A stretch of 59,104 bases of DNA, from the UHGV virus genome UHGV-0025827; one strand, given 5' to 3'. The stretch is from a virus. Every line of letters begins with the position of its first letter. The first letter of the stretch is position 1. Positions 28,691 through 37,286 of the stretch are shown here, piece after piece. The notes below the pieces were generated by a model that saw nothing but the letters and a program-made list of their open reading frames with translations, did not search any database and was not told the DNA's origin. The position numbers and the translations under genes were made by a program.

Positions 28691-29558
28691 GCTCGTTGTC
28701 CTCATACACAACCACACCAGCCAGATACACGATGGCACCCAGCAGCTCACGGCGACGGGCGGCACGGTCCTTCATGTTCATTGCCTCAACCACCTTCTTG
28801 CACACCTGATAGGTCATCCCGGTAGGGTTACCCAGCAGGCGGCTGATAGTCTGCATCGGCTGGTGGTCGAACGGCAGGTCGTTAGCGTGGCGCTCCTTGC
28901 CTTTGCCGAACGCCGCTTGTGCATACGCATCCTTCAGCACCGCCGCCAGATGTTCATACCCAGGCGCGTCCATCACACGCTCAGGCTGGCGCAGCTTGGC
29001 GTTGTTGTCCAGCAGCTCGAACGCCTCAACCAGCGCGTCAACGTTCACGCCACCGGGACCACCGAACGCTCTGTGCATCAGCATGTTGAAGCGCTGGTTC
29101 CCGTCGAGCAGTGTCTTAACTTTGCGTGGGCACGGCTCCGGCGTGTTCATGCGGATGACTTCCCGCTCAATCGCTTCGTGAACACGCTGGCCTGCTTCCA
29201 CCGCAGACTTCGGCGCGGGGCCGTTGTCCAGTGCTTCGCGGATAACCTTCTCAATATCCATCCCAGCAGGCACACGGAACGCCTGCATGAGAACATCAGC
29301 CTGCTCGTCCTTCGGTTCTTCCTGACGCCAGCCACGCTTCGCTGCCCATACCCGGATGTAATCCGCTACCGCCTCGTGCGGCTCGCCGTACGGTGAGTTG
29401 GTGGTGCCCCCCATGTACTCCGCACGGATGCCACGGTCACTATGACCAGCCAGCCAGCGACGGCAAATGTCTTTCAGGTGCTCCGCGTTACGCGCCGTTG
29501 CTGTGCGGCGCTCGCTGTCCTGTCCTTTGATACGCAGGGTAAGTTTAATTCCAGCCAT
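28668..29558 (-). CDS. hypothetical protein (296 aa, possible nucleotide-metabolism enzyme)
   Basis: Start ATG embedded in the motif AATAATATTATGG (minus-strand reading); no confidently recognisable catalytic motif. Confidence 0.65.
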   Translation of the reverse strand: MAGIKLTLRIKGQDSERRTATARNAEHLKDICRRWLAGHSDRGIRAEYMGGTTNSPYGEPHEAVADYIRVWAAKRGWRQEEPKDEQADVLMQAFRVPAGMDIEKVIREALDNGPAPKSAVEAGQRVHEAIEREVIRMNTPEPCPRKVKTLLDGNQRFNMLMHRAFGGPGGVNVDALVEAFELLDNNAKLRQPERVMDAPGYEHLAAVLKDAYAQAAFGKGKERHANDLPFDHQPMQTISRLLGNPTGMTYQVCKKVVEAMNMKDRAARRRELLGAIVYLAGVVVYEDNEHGDAKSK

Positions 29559-29562
29559 AATA

Positions 29563-29901
29563 TTATTGGTTAACCTCTCTCAACCATTCGTTAGTAAGTT
29601 CGACGGCCTTCGCTACCGCCTCGCTAAACGTGACTTCAATACCAGACGCCGCAGCCTCCGCTATGAATGTACCCAACGGCTCCGCAACATCGTAATGCCA
29701 GATGCCCGGCCCGTCTTTCTCAGCCAGAAGCGGAGTAACCGCCGCGTCTACCTTCTCCGCCAGAAGCTCTATGTTCTCCACTGCCTCCAGCTCGCCGCCG
29801 TAGCAGAAGACTTCACAGATATTGTGCGCTTCCTTCGCGCCGTCCTGTTTTGTCAGCACGTCACGGAACCCGCCGTAAATAAACATCGCTGTAGTGCTCA
29901 T
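29563..29901 (-). CDS. hypothetical protein
   Basis: 112 aa. Confidence 0.5.
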   Translation of the reverse strand: MSTTAMFIYGGFRDVLTKQDGAKEAHNICEVFCYGGELEAVENIELLAEKVDAAVTPLLAEKDGPGIWHYDVAEPLGTFIAEAAASGIEVTFSEAVAKAVELTNEWLREVNQ

Positions 29902-30305
29902 GCCCTAGCCCTCTTGTTTCTCAGTTTAGTGATGCGGGACTTCACCGCCCGCCGCTCTGCGTCCGTGTCCGCCACCTTCAGCGCATACTTCAGCGCCTGT
30001 AATGGTGTGGTGAACAGGTAACCCGGTAGCCCGTTCGCGGCAATGAACTGCCGCCGACAACACGCCGGGATTGATTTCATCCATGCGCCTGTCTTCCTGT
30101 GGATAGTCAGGTCAACCACACGCTGTGTCAGGTTCACGTACACCGTGTTGTCCGGCGTGAACTTCGGTACACCCCAGCGCTGTTGGCTGTTGCGTTTCTT
30201 CTGGACGGACCGAACCACCCACTCGTCAACGGTAATCTCTACCCGTCCGGTGTCGTCGGTGTACGGCCAGCACCCATAGAACACTTGCCCTCGCTTAAAC
30301 TCCAT
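29898..30305 (-). CDS. hypothetical protein
   Basis: 135 aa; basic C-terminus. Confidence 0.5.
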   Translation of the reverse strand: MEFKRGQVFYGCWPYTDDTGRVEITVDEWVVRSVQKKRNSQQRWGVPKFTPDNTVYVNLTQRVVDLTIHRKTGAWMKSIPACCRRQFIAANGLPGYLFTTPLQALKYALKVADTDAERRAVKSRITKLRNKRARA

Positions 30306-30353
30306 AGCTCCCCCCGTGTAATCGACAAGGCACCCCGCAGGATGCCTTAGCTA

Positions 30354-30731
30354 TTACGCGTCCAGCTTAGTCGGCATAGTCTCCAGCCCGTTCGCGATCT
30401 CCAGCGAGTCGAATCGCTCCGCCAGCTTACGCAGCGCCGCCGCTACCCCAGCACAATGCCCCGCCTCACTGCTCGCCAGCAGGCAGACGTTATCAAAGCG
30501 CCCGCCCGGTTCGTCACGGACCAGCTCAGGGTTAGCCGTCGCCAGTGTGTACAGCTTGTGCCCACTCTGCCCGGTAGACTCCATCAGGAACAGCGCGTTG
30601 GTTGTCCCGTCGCGCTCTACATACGGCGTGGTGAAGATGATATCGCCAGTCGTGCAACCTACACCCAGCATCCCCGGCTCAATCACCATAGTTACTTCGC
30701 GACCAATCAGACTTTCCATCTCAGACCTCAC
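30354..30731 (-). CDS. hypothetical protein
   Basis: 125 aa. Confidence 0.5.
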   Translation of the reverse strand: MRSEMESLIGREVTMVIEPGMLGVGCTTGDIIFTTPYVERDGTTNALFLMESTGQSGHKLYTLATANPELVRDEPGGRFDNVCLLASSEAGHCAGVAAALRKLAERFDSLEIANGLETMPTKLDA

Positions 30732-30969
30732 AGATATTAGTTGTCACTTCGGCCTCGCCTTTGTGGTTCGTGCCGATTTGTTTAAAGAATGTGCCCCCGC
30801 AATAAGGGCAGGTGCTGAAGCTGTCCCACGTCACACCCGCCGCTGGCTTCAGCGTCACCAGCGAATGCTTACAGTGCGGGCAAGCGTATGTCACACGCGG
30901 TTCCCCGCTTCGGCGTGCCGCCGCCAGCCATAACTCGTAGCGATTAATCGCCTGTTGTCTTGTGCTCAT
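30721..30969 (-). CDS. zinc-ribbon protein
   Basis: 82 aa; CPHC...CPYCGG four-Cys pattern. Confidence 0.55.
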   Translation of the reverse strand: MSTRQQAINRYELWLAAARRSGEPRVTYACPHCKHSLVTLKPAAGVTWDSFSTCPYCGGTFFKQIGTNHKGEAEVTTNICEV

Positions 30970-31378
30970 CCTTCCCCCGTTCGGTTAGTGAATAGTCCAG
31001 CCCGGTGCGCTTATAGTTACAGTGCAACCACGCAGCCCAGGCGGCGGCATAGCCATCGCCTTCCCACGGCTCCGCCAGACTGTCCCACCACTCGTTAAAC
31101 TCACGGTACAGCGCTTCCCGCTCGCGTGCTGTCAGGTGCTTGGCTATCTCCGCACCCTTGCACCACTCCGCATACGTCTCATGCACTTTGTGCCCTGCCT
31201 GAAGCGTGCGGTGTGCTTCGCCTTCAGTCATCCCGTGGTCCGCCGCAAAGGCCATCACGGTCAGGTAGTTGTTCACGTAGTCGAGGTACAATTCCTGCAA
31301 CTCGCCCGCGCCTGTTCCTCTCGCTCGCATAGCTAGTCCTCCCCCGCAGCCGGATAGCTCCGGCAAATGTCTTCCCAT
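30944..31378 (-). CDS. hypothetical protein
   Basis: 144 aa; Trp-rich. Confidence 0.5.
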   Translation of the reverse strand: MGRHLPELSGCGGGLAMRARGTGAGELQELYLDYVNNYLTVMAFAADHGMTEGEAHRTLQAGHKVHETYAEWCKGAEIAKHLTAREREALYREFNEWWDSLAEPWEGDGYAAAWAAWLHCNYKRTGLDYSLTERGKDEHKTTGD

Positions 31379-31617
31379 GCTTCCACGGCGGTATCGAATG
31401 CGCCCTTGCTGTCTACCGCCTCATACTTCGCCGCCCAATACCAGCGCCACGGCTCCCCATAGATGAGGAACCCGGCGTTACTGGCGCGGGCGATGGCGTC
31501 CGCGTCGGTCATCGTTACCCCCGATAGTAATACGTTGCAGCCTCGCCGCCTTCTTCCATCGGCTTCAGGTCTACCGTGCTGTAGTCCTGCTGCAACTCGT
31601 TCGCCGCAGCCTCCCAA
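31333..31617 (-). CDS. hypothetical protein
   Basis: 94 aa. Confidence 0.45.
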   Translation of the reverse strand: MGGCGERVAAGLQHGRPEADGRRRRGCNVLLSGVTMTDADAIARASNAGFLIYGEPWRWYWAAKYEAVDSKGAFDTAVEAWEDICRSYPAAGED

Positions 31618-32003
31618 TCAATGTGGCGGTAAGGCCACGCCGCATCACGCATACCCGGCTCCGCCATTTCTTCGGCCAGCTCTTGCGCATACTCAGTGAA
31701 GTGATCGGAGTTGACCAGCGTCACCGGATACCAGTCGCCTTCCCATTGCTCGTCGCCGCCGTAGCCTTTCAGGTCAGACAGGAAGTCTTCCAGTATCGCC
31801 AGCTCGCGGGCCTCGTCCGGGTTATCCTCCGCCCACTTCGCCTCGCCCTCGTCCCACTCTGCCTCGCCGCCTTTGGCTTCGCAGTAGTCCAGATAGTCTT
31901 GCGCTCCGCTGTCACGCTCGCCGCGTAAATCTTCCACGCGTTCTATAATGTCGCGCACGTCGATCACATCGTCGTTGAAGTTGTCGGAAAGTTCAAAGCT
32001 CAT
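31515..32003 (-). CDS. highly acidic protein (DNA-mimic / anti-restriction candidate)
   Basis: About 162 aa from ATG 32003 (GAGGG RBS); very high Asp/Glu content with aromatic residues, like Ocr/ArdA-type DNA mimics. Confidence 0.55.
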   Translation of the reverse strand: MSFELSDNFNDDVIDVRDIIERVEDLRGERDSGAQDYLDYCEAKGGEAEWDEGEAKWAEDNPDEARELAILEDFLSDLKGYGGDEQWEGDWYPVTLVNSDHFTEYAQELAEEMAEPGMRDAAWPYRHIDWEAAANELQQDYSTVDLKPMEEGGEAATYYYRG

Positions 32004-32139
32004 AGTCATGCCCTCGTGTTGTCGGTTCGGATAGTGTAGACACAACACGCCTACACTGTCAATCTGATATACCTGATACCATAATCATATGGCCTGCTAC
32101 TCACGGCCTCGCGGCTTCCATATTTCACAGGCCATATTG

Positions 32140-32604
32140 TTATGATGGGTCGAAGTCTGCTACCCGGTCCAGTATCTGGTGCCCCTTCAGATGGTCCACC
32201 AGCTCCGCGAACTTGCGCACCACGTAACCCACATGCGCATTCATTTCGACGACGCTGGACACGCCCGCGTACCAGTCCAGACAAAGCAACTCCGGCCTGA
32301 TACTGTTCACCCACACCTGCACCCGTGGCGAACTCAAGTCCTCATCCGTGGAGAACTCATTGAGATCGGACCGCAAGAACGTGCGCACGTTATGCGCCAG
32401 CTCATCAAGCGCCGTCTCTTGTGTCGTCGCCCAAAACTCTATGTCGATGACGCACGCGCCGCGCTCGTCGGACCATTCGTCCTCGCCACCCCGCCGCCAG
32501 TCAAGCCGGAACAACGTCAACCCTTCGCGCTCCGTCAGTGTGTAGTTGGCGCTGTTCAGCCCGCGCCCCGTGTCCTCTACTGCTACCGCCCTAAGTTCTA
32601 TCAT
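32140..32604 (-). CDS. hypothetical protein
   Basis: 154 aa; acidic. Confidence 0.5.
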   Translation of the reverse strand: MIELRAVAVEDTGRGLNSANYTLTEREGLTLFRLDWRRGGEDEWSDERGACVIDIEFWATTQETALDELAHNVRTFLRSDLNEFSTDEDLSSPRVQVWVNSIRPELLCLDWYAGVSSVVEMNAHVGYVVRKFAELVDHLKGHQILDRVADFDPS

Positions 32605-32897
32605 TCGCCCTCCGGTATCTCTATGAACGTGTACCCCAGCGCCCGGTTAAGCTCCGCAAAGAACTCGCGGAACATCGGGTTACGGTCCACCAGCCACGGC
32701 GCTATGTATCGACGTTGCGCCGCCGTCAGTTTCTTATGCTCAACCCCGCGCACGGCTATCTCGTACAGCATATGCAGTGCCTGTGTGCGGAACATCGCCA
32801 GCCCCCAGCCAACTTCCCCGGCCTTGTACATGGTGATCACTTTGCGGGTACGCGTCACGCCCTCGTCAGTGAACACACTTTCTATAGTTGGTTTCAT
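32601..32897 (-). CDS. hypothetical protein
   Basis: 98 aa from ATG 32897 (GGAG RBS); the Arg-rich N-terminal extension of the listed ORF is rejected. Confidence 0.5.
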   Translation of the reverse strand: MKPTIESVFTDEGVTRTRKVITMYKAGEVGWGLAMFRTQALHMLYEIAVRGVEHKKLTAAQRRYIAPWLVDRNPMFREFFAELNRALGYTFIEIPEGE

Positions 32898-33054
32898 GGT
32901 CAGTGCTCCAGCCATGCCGCCACAACATCGGCGGCGTAGTTGTCTTTGTCGCCCTCGTCTGTCCAGAACTCCGGCGCTTCGCTGTCTGGTATGCCACGAC
33001 ATAACAGACTTTTAATATCAGGAGCGCGGCACATCTCCGCGCTTTCGTTTGCTG

Positions 33055-33618
33055 TCATGCGTCCGCCTTAAAGACCGTTGCCCCCGTGTAAAGTTTCGCC
33101 ACGTCGCGCAGCTGGTCAACCATCTTCACCAGCTCATGACACGTTTTCGCCACGTTCTCTATGGCATCCGGCAAACAGCAGTCCCGGAACAATCTGATCC
33201 CTTCCTCCTGCAAATCAGTGTCGTCATGATAGGACCAGTCGAACCCAAAGCCGCACGTCTCCCCCGTGGTTATCCACTCCGTGCCAACCTTCGCGGAGTA
33301 GATGAACCCATAATCGCCCGCGTCAAGGTCGCGCTCCAGCTCATTCTGTAGCGACTCGTATGCTTCGCGGCTCGGATTCTCCCGGCCTTGCTTCGCGTAG
33401 TCGCGGGTCAGTTCAGCAAGCGAGTAATGGCGCGGCTCGTAATACTTCCAGCCGTTGCGGTCCGCGTTGCGGTTGCGTATATACACCCCGCCTTTGTGCT
33501 CATCGGTCCCGCTCCACTTGTCACGGAAGTTTTCCTCCGCGCCACCAAACAGCACCACGTTCACGCGAAAATCTATCCCGTTCTCAGTCAGTTCGAAAGA
33601 CTCGATAGTGTCAGACAT
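33055..33618 (-). CDS. hypothetical protein
   Basis: 187 aa; start ATG embedded in GGGGATAATATTATG (minus-strand reading). Confidence 0.6.
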   Translation of the reverse strand: MSDTIESFELTENGIDFRVNVVLFGGAEENFRDKWSGTDEHKGGVYIRNRNADRNGWKYYEPRHYSLAELTRDYAKQGRENPSREAYESLQNELERDLDAGDYGFIYSAKVGTEWITTGETCGFGFDWSYHDDTDLQEEGIRLFRDCCLPDAIENVAKTCHELVKMVDQLRDVAKLYTGATVFKADA

Positions 33619-33681
33619 AATATTATCCCCATCAGTTACTAAACATAATCGGACGCCGCACCCGGCGACGCCCTGTTATAT

Positions 33682-34206
33682 TCAGTAGTCCTCTAACAGC
33701 TCGTTAAGTTTCGCCCGCTCGTCACCCGTGAACATGCGCAGCTGTGCGGCGGTCTTCTGGCATTCCTCATATATAGCCAGCGCCTTTCTGCTGTCCTCGT
33801 CGTACCCCATATCGGCGCAGAAGTCCGCGAACAACTCCGCGCCTAAGCTGGCATCACTCAGCAGGCAGTAAAGCACACTTGCCGCGCTCGGTTTCTTAAC
33901 ATAGGTCTTAACAACTTTCGCCCCCTTGTAAGCCGTCTCCAGATACTTAGGCGCGCCCGCTCCAGCCTGCTCCGCTTCAGCCCCCAGCCCGTTAAGATTC
34001 GCGCTCACCCGGTGACCTATGCCCTGCCGATAGCTGGTTTCTATCTCGGACTTGCCGCGCACAAAGCGCACAGTAAAGAGATCGTGCTCCCACTTGTGCC
34101 CGTTGTCGTTGTCTACGCGCCCGCCGTGGTACACACTTTCGAACTTAACCCCGATGGATTGCAGGTATGCCCACACTGATTTATCTTTGTCGCTATAGTG
34201 TCTCAT
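33682..34206 (-). CDS. hypothetical protein
   Basis: 174 aa. Confidence 0.55.
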   Translation of the reverse strand: MRHYSDKDKSVWAYLQSIGVKFESVYHGGRVDNDNGHKWEHDLFTVRFVRGKSEIETSYRQGIGHRVSANLNGLGAEAEQAGAGAPKYLETAYKGAKVVKTYVKKPSAASVLYCLLSDASLGAELFADFCADMGYDEDSRKALAIYEECQKTAAQLRMFTGDERAKLNELLEDY

Positions 34207-34268
34207 CGTCTTAACTCCAGTTGATTAACATAACGGGCGGCACTCTCCCACGAATGCCGCCGATTCTG

Positions 34269-34541
34269 TCAATGAACGAAATGCTTTTCCCCCTTAACCA
34301 GCACGTAGCACGTCCCGGCGTTGCCTATCGCGTCACAATATATGCGGCGCTCCCGTCCCATGTATCGAACAACCCAGGACGTGGGAACTTTCTTCTTGCC
34401 GTAGTTGTCCGGTCCGAAAGGCATAGCCGCCAGCGCCGCCATTCTCGGCGTAATACTCTCGTGTGCGGTGTAGTCCGCATACTCACACCAGCCGCCCGGC
34501 TTCCCGTTTGGCGTCCCAATCATTACAGTTTTAGTGCTCAT
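34269..34541 (-). CDS. hypothetical protein
   Basis: 90 aa. Confidence 0.5.
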   Translation of the reverse strand: MSTKTVMIGTPNGKPGGWCEYADYTAHESITPRMAALAAMPFGPDNYGKKKVPTSWVVRYMGRERRIYCDAIGNAGTCYVLVKGEKHFVH

Positions 34542-34951
34542 ACAGTCGCCCCCTTTACAGCTATCTCAATCAATGCACATTTGAGCAGGTCACTACTCAC
34601 CCGGAACGCCTCGCTTGCTGGCATCCCGTTAAACTTTGCGCCCTCCATCAGCGCCCGGTGATGCGTCACCAGTGCGCGGCGCTCCACCACTGACAACCCG
34701 CGCCAACCTTGCGATACCAGATACGCCGCCAGAATCCCCGCCACCCGCGCCGCGTTATTGCGGGCAAAGTCGCTTTTCTCGTCCTGCATTGCCCACAATA
34801 TTTCATTACGGACGTAGTTCACCACACGCATAAAGTGATCCCCGCAATCCTCCATCGCATGATGGACGCGGGCATTAGTCACGCAGCAACCCGTTGCCGC
34901 AATAATGCGCTCGTGCATCGCTTCTACCTGCTGTTGTGTCACGGTCTGCAT
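34538..34951 (-). CDS. first gene of the leftward early operon (hypothetical)
   Basis: 137 aa; SD-like GGGTGAG; an operator-like inverted repeat lies just upstream. Confidence 0.55.
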   Translation of the reverse strand: MQTVTQQQVEAMHERIIAATGCCVTNARVHHAMEDCGDHFMRVVNYVRNEILWAMQDEKSDFARNNAARVAGILAAYLVSQGWRGLSVVERRALVTHHRALMEGAKFNGMPASEAFRVSSDLLKCALIEIAVKGATV

Positions 34952-34986
34952 AGTCTCACCCTATTATGTTCACTAGTTAATCTGAC

Positions 34987-35026
34987 AATGCCGCCATAAT
35001 GTTATGCTTCAGACTATGGCGGCATT
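34987..35026. promoter_or_regulatory. operator-like 12-bp perfect inverted repeat enclosing a motif copy
   Basis: AATGCCGCCATA (34987..34998) and TATGGCGGCATT (35015..35026), with the family motif CATAATGTTATG at 34995..35006 spanning the junction of the left arm and the loop; about 35 bp upstream of the first early gene. Confidence 0.55.
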
Positions 35027-35089
35027 AGCTCATTAACCCTATGCGCCCGACTTATCAGCCTCCCCCTTGCCACCCGTAGACACTAGCAC

Positions 35090-35145
35090 TACTTAACGTT
35101 TCCGCTTCGTGCTATCCCCGGCGCATTACTTAACGTTTCCGCTTC
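35090..35145. repeat. 19-bp perfect direct repeat TACTTAACGTTTCCGCTTC, two copies
   Basis: Copies at 35090..35108 and 35127..35145. Confidence 0.7.
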
Positions 35146-35640
35146 ATGCGCTTTTGTGCGTCCGCCTCTTTTCGGTCTCATCGCTTCGGTTAGTATGCAC
35201 CCGGTTACCCGGTATCTATAGCCCTTAAGCCTCTCAGGGACTAACCTCACTGCAACGGATGGCGGTAAGATATCCATATTGTTAAAGAACATTCGCTCCC
35301 CTGTCGTCGGGTCACTAGCGCGTTTCAGTGTTGCGCCTCACTTGAGTAGTAGCGGTAAGTCGTTTTGTGTGTCTCGCCTTACCGTGATTCAAAGTTAACG
35401 CCACGCCCCGGAAATGTCAAGCGGATTCGATTGATAGTCTGCATTGCACGTTAGGCAGGGAAACGCGCATTGCGCACTACGCACGCCCACGCGAGCACAG
35501 CCCACAATGCAAGGCGGTGCACACTAGCACACAGGCCGCGCCCCGCCTGCCTTGCACGCAATGTAAGCCCCGCCGGATTAACCCGCGCACATGCCGCAAT
35601 AGCAAGGGGGATTCGGTGGATTATGCTAGATAGGGGGGAT

Positions 35641-35704
35641 GTAACCGTGTAACCGTTTTGTAACCACGTAAGTTATTGATGTTACGCCTGTTACCGTGTA
35701 ACCG
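35641..35704. repeat. iteron-like repeats GT(A/T)ACCGTGTAACCG
   Basis: Copies at 35641..35655 and 35690..35704 plus the partial GTAACCACGTAAG at 35660. Confidence 0.6.
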
Positions 35705-35800
35705 GGAAAAGCGGCGCTCTGTGGGTTGCGCGTCGTGTCGTGTACACACACGCAGTAAAGGCGGCAAAGTGTCGCGTACGAGATATACCCCTGTAAATCC

Positions 35801-36047
35801 GGTTACAAAGTTACATTATGATTAAGCTAATAAGATTAAATTAATTAAAAACAACAACTTGCCGCCCCTTATCGGTACAGAATTTGGTTACATCGCGGTT
35901 ACATTGCACAAAATATCGTGCTGCTATTGCGCGGGCAGTGTGGGCAAGGCCAGGCGTGGCGCGGCTTGCGGGCGTGGCTGCTATTGCACGCGCAGTAAAT
36001 CGTGCTGGGCTAAGTGATTGATAACTAACAAAGGTTACAAAGTTACA
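35801..36047. repeat. GGTTACAAAGTTACA iterons (two copies) flanking an AT-rich island (35811..35862)
   Basis: Exact 15-mers at 35801..35815 and 36033..36047; an AT-rich stretch ttacattatgattaagctaataagattaaattaattaaaaacaacaa between them; numerous ATTGCAC/GCAATG and AATCGTGCTG repeats around it. Confidence 0.6.
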
Positions 36048-36362
36048 CGGCGCGGCTTGCGGTAGCATTGCACTAGCACGCACCATGCACATGTAATGAT
36101 TTCAATAACTTAGGCTAGTGAATCGTGCTGAATGGCGGCGCGTTCTGTGATGCGGCGCACGCAATGCAGCGACGGCGGAGGAAATAACGCAGCACGCCCC
36201 GCGCCGCCTGGGAAATTGGCACGCATAGCAAGCCCCGCCCCCTTTGGACCGCCGAAAACGCAGGGGGCCACTCACTACTACATAGTATTCCTCTCGACCG
36301 TTGCGCATTTTTATTTTTTCTGCCACACTCGGAGCAGTGCAAGCAAGACAACGGGAGTCTAC

Positions 36363-36656
36363 ATGAAATACATTGCAATCGTAACCGCAGGCGAACAGAG
36401 CGAGAACCTTCTCCGGCTACTGCGGGAAGTCTATCAGTATGGCAAGCGCAGTTTTATGCGCGACGAAATCAGTAACGCAGATGAGTACAACCGCTCGTTC
36501 GACGTTAAGGCAATTTCCACCGGGCGTATTGTGTTCGGACTTGCGTTTGAAGATGAGAACGAGGCGATAGTGATGGCCATCGCGCAGCGGCACTTCGCAG
36601 GAGTTGAGGCGAAACCTTACACGGCGGGCGAGCTGGTAACCTTCCAGGAGCTGTAG
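36363..36656 (+). CDS. first rightward gene (hypothetical, 97 aa)
   Basis: GGGAG RBS; ATG 36363. Confidence 0.55.
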   Translation: MKYIAIVTAGEQSENLLRLLREVYQYGKRSFMRDEISNADEYNRSFDVKAISTGRIVFGLAFEDENEAIVMAIAQRHFAGVEAKPYTAGELVTFQEL

Positions 36657-36741
36657 TTGACAAAGGCCACATGATGAGTAAGATTACTCCCAGGAACGGT
36701 ATGACATTGCGACCAGCCAGCTGGGAGAGTTAGTGCTCCGG

Positions 36742-36779
36742 GGCGACCAGGGGGGATGTACCAGGTCGCCAATTTTTTT
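36742..36779 (+). terminator. rho-independent terminator
   Basis: GGCGACC...GGTCGCC stem followed by AATTTTTTT. Confidence 0.6.
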
Positions 36780-36800
36780 CTGGTAATTTTTCACGAATGC

Positions 36801-36829
36801 TTGCACCACCAGCTGCCATCCGCTATAGT
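36801..36829 (+). promoter_or_regulatory. sigma70-like promoter candidate (TTGCAC, 17-bp spacer, TATAGT)
   Basis: Near-consensus -35 and -10 elements with 17-bp spacing, immediately downstream of the terminator T-tract. Confidence 0.45.
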
Positions 36830-37022
36830 TCATTCGTCGGGTGGTCGCTGGTTTCCCAAAGCTAATGCCCTAGCGTGTCGGACTGGCACCACCTCGACAA
36901 CCCCCACACCTCGTACCGGGTCGAGCCTCGCGGCGACAATACTGCGGACGTTGCTGTGGGGGTATGCTTGCACCCCGCCGAAGTTTGTTGCATACTCCTG
37001 GTACGGCACAACAGGAGGGCAT

Positions 37023-37286
37023 ATGCAGAACACCCCACGTACAGTAGAGCAAATCGTTGAAGAACATGTTGACGCGCTGCGCCACCTGGTTCTCGACTAC
37101 CGCGCCAAGCATGGCGAGATTCCCGATACCGTAAACTTCCAGCTGTCAGTAGCTGAAGATACTGCCGCCCATCCGTTGGCGCTACGTCTTCGCCAGTCTG
37201 GATGGGTGCTGGTCATGCAGGGCCACAAGCCTGGACAAGCGACGATCTCCATGACGTTCTCCACCCAGGGTGGTATCCCATCATGA
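37023..37286 (+). CDS. hypothetical protein (87 aa)
   Basis: AGGAGG RBS then ATG 37023; the long N-terminal extension of the listed ORF (from 36756) is rejected. Confidence 0.55.
   Translation: MQNTPRTVEQIVEEHVDALRHLVLDYRAKHGEIPDTVNFQLSVAEDTAAHPLALRLRQSGWVLVMQGHKPGQATISMTFSTQGGIPS

Larger units (their letters stand above)
34952..36362. promoter_or_regulatory. 1.4-kb non-coding control region between divergent early and late units (candidate origin plus promoters)
   Basis: No credible ORF; many short repeats; an AT-rich island in a GC-rich genome; inverted and direct repeats. Confidence 0.7.

Noticed and set aside
28668-29558. Thymidylate synthase or dUMP/dCMP hydroxymethylase call for the 296-aa early protein
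   Set aside because: The canonical catalytic motifs (ThyA PCH...DLGPVYG, or ThyX RHR) were not found, so it is left as hypothetical.
32601-33002. Arg-rich 35-aa N-terminal extension of ORF 32601..33002
   Set aside because: A GGAG RBS precedes the internal ATG at 32897. The extension is poly-Arg, typical of out-of-context GC-rich reading.
35089-35292. 67-aa minus-strand ORF in the control region (also 36132..36656 long form and 36102..36378 ORFs)
   Set aside because: It overlaps direct repeats and operator-like elements, has no RBS and an odd composition. The region is better explained as non-coding.
35440-36180. Possible CRISPR array in the repeat-rich control region
   Set aside because: The repeats (ATTGCAC/GCAATG, AATCGTGCTG, GGTTACAAAGTTACA and others) are short, of several different families and irregularly spaced, with no constant repeat-spacer periodicity.
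34952-36362. tRNA or other structured RNA gene in the non-coding region
   Set aside because: No cloverleaf with a T-loop GTTCRANYC consensus and matching acceptor or anticodon stems could be found by eye. GGATTCGATT at about 35420 lacks complementary stems.
36756-37022. N-terminal 89-aa extension of ORF 36756..37286
   Set aside because: The extension is low complexity and contains the terminator T-tract and promoter. A perfect AGGAGG RBS precedes the internal ATG at 37023.
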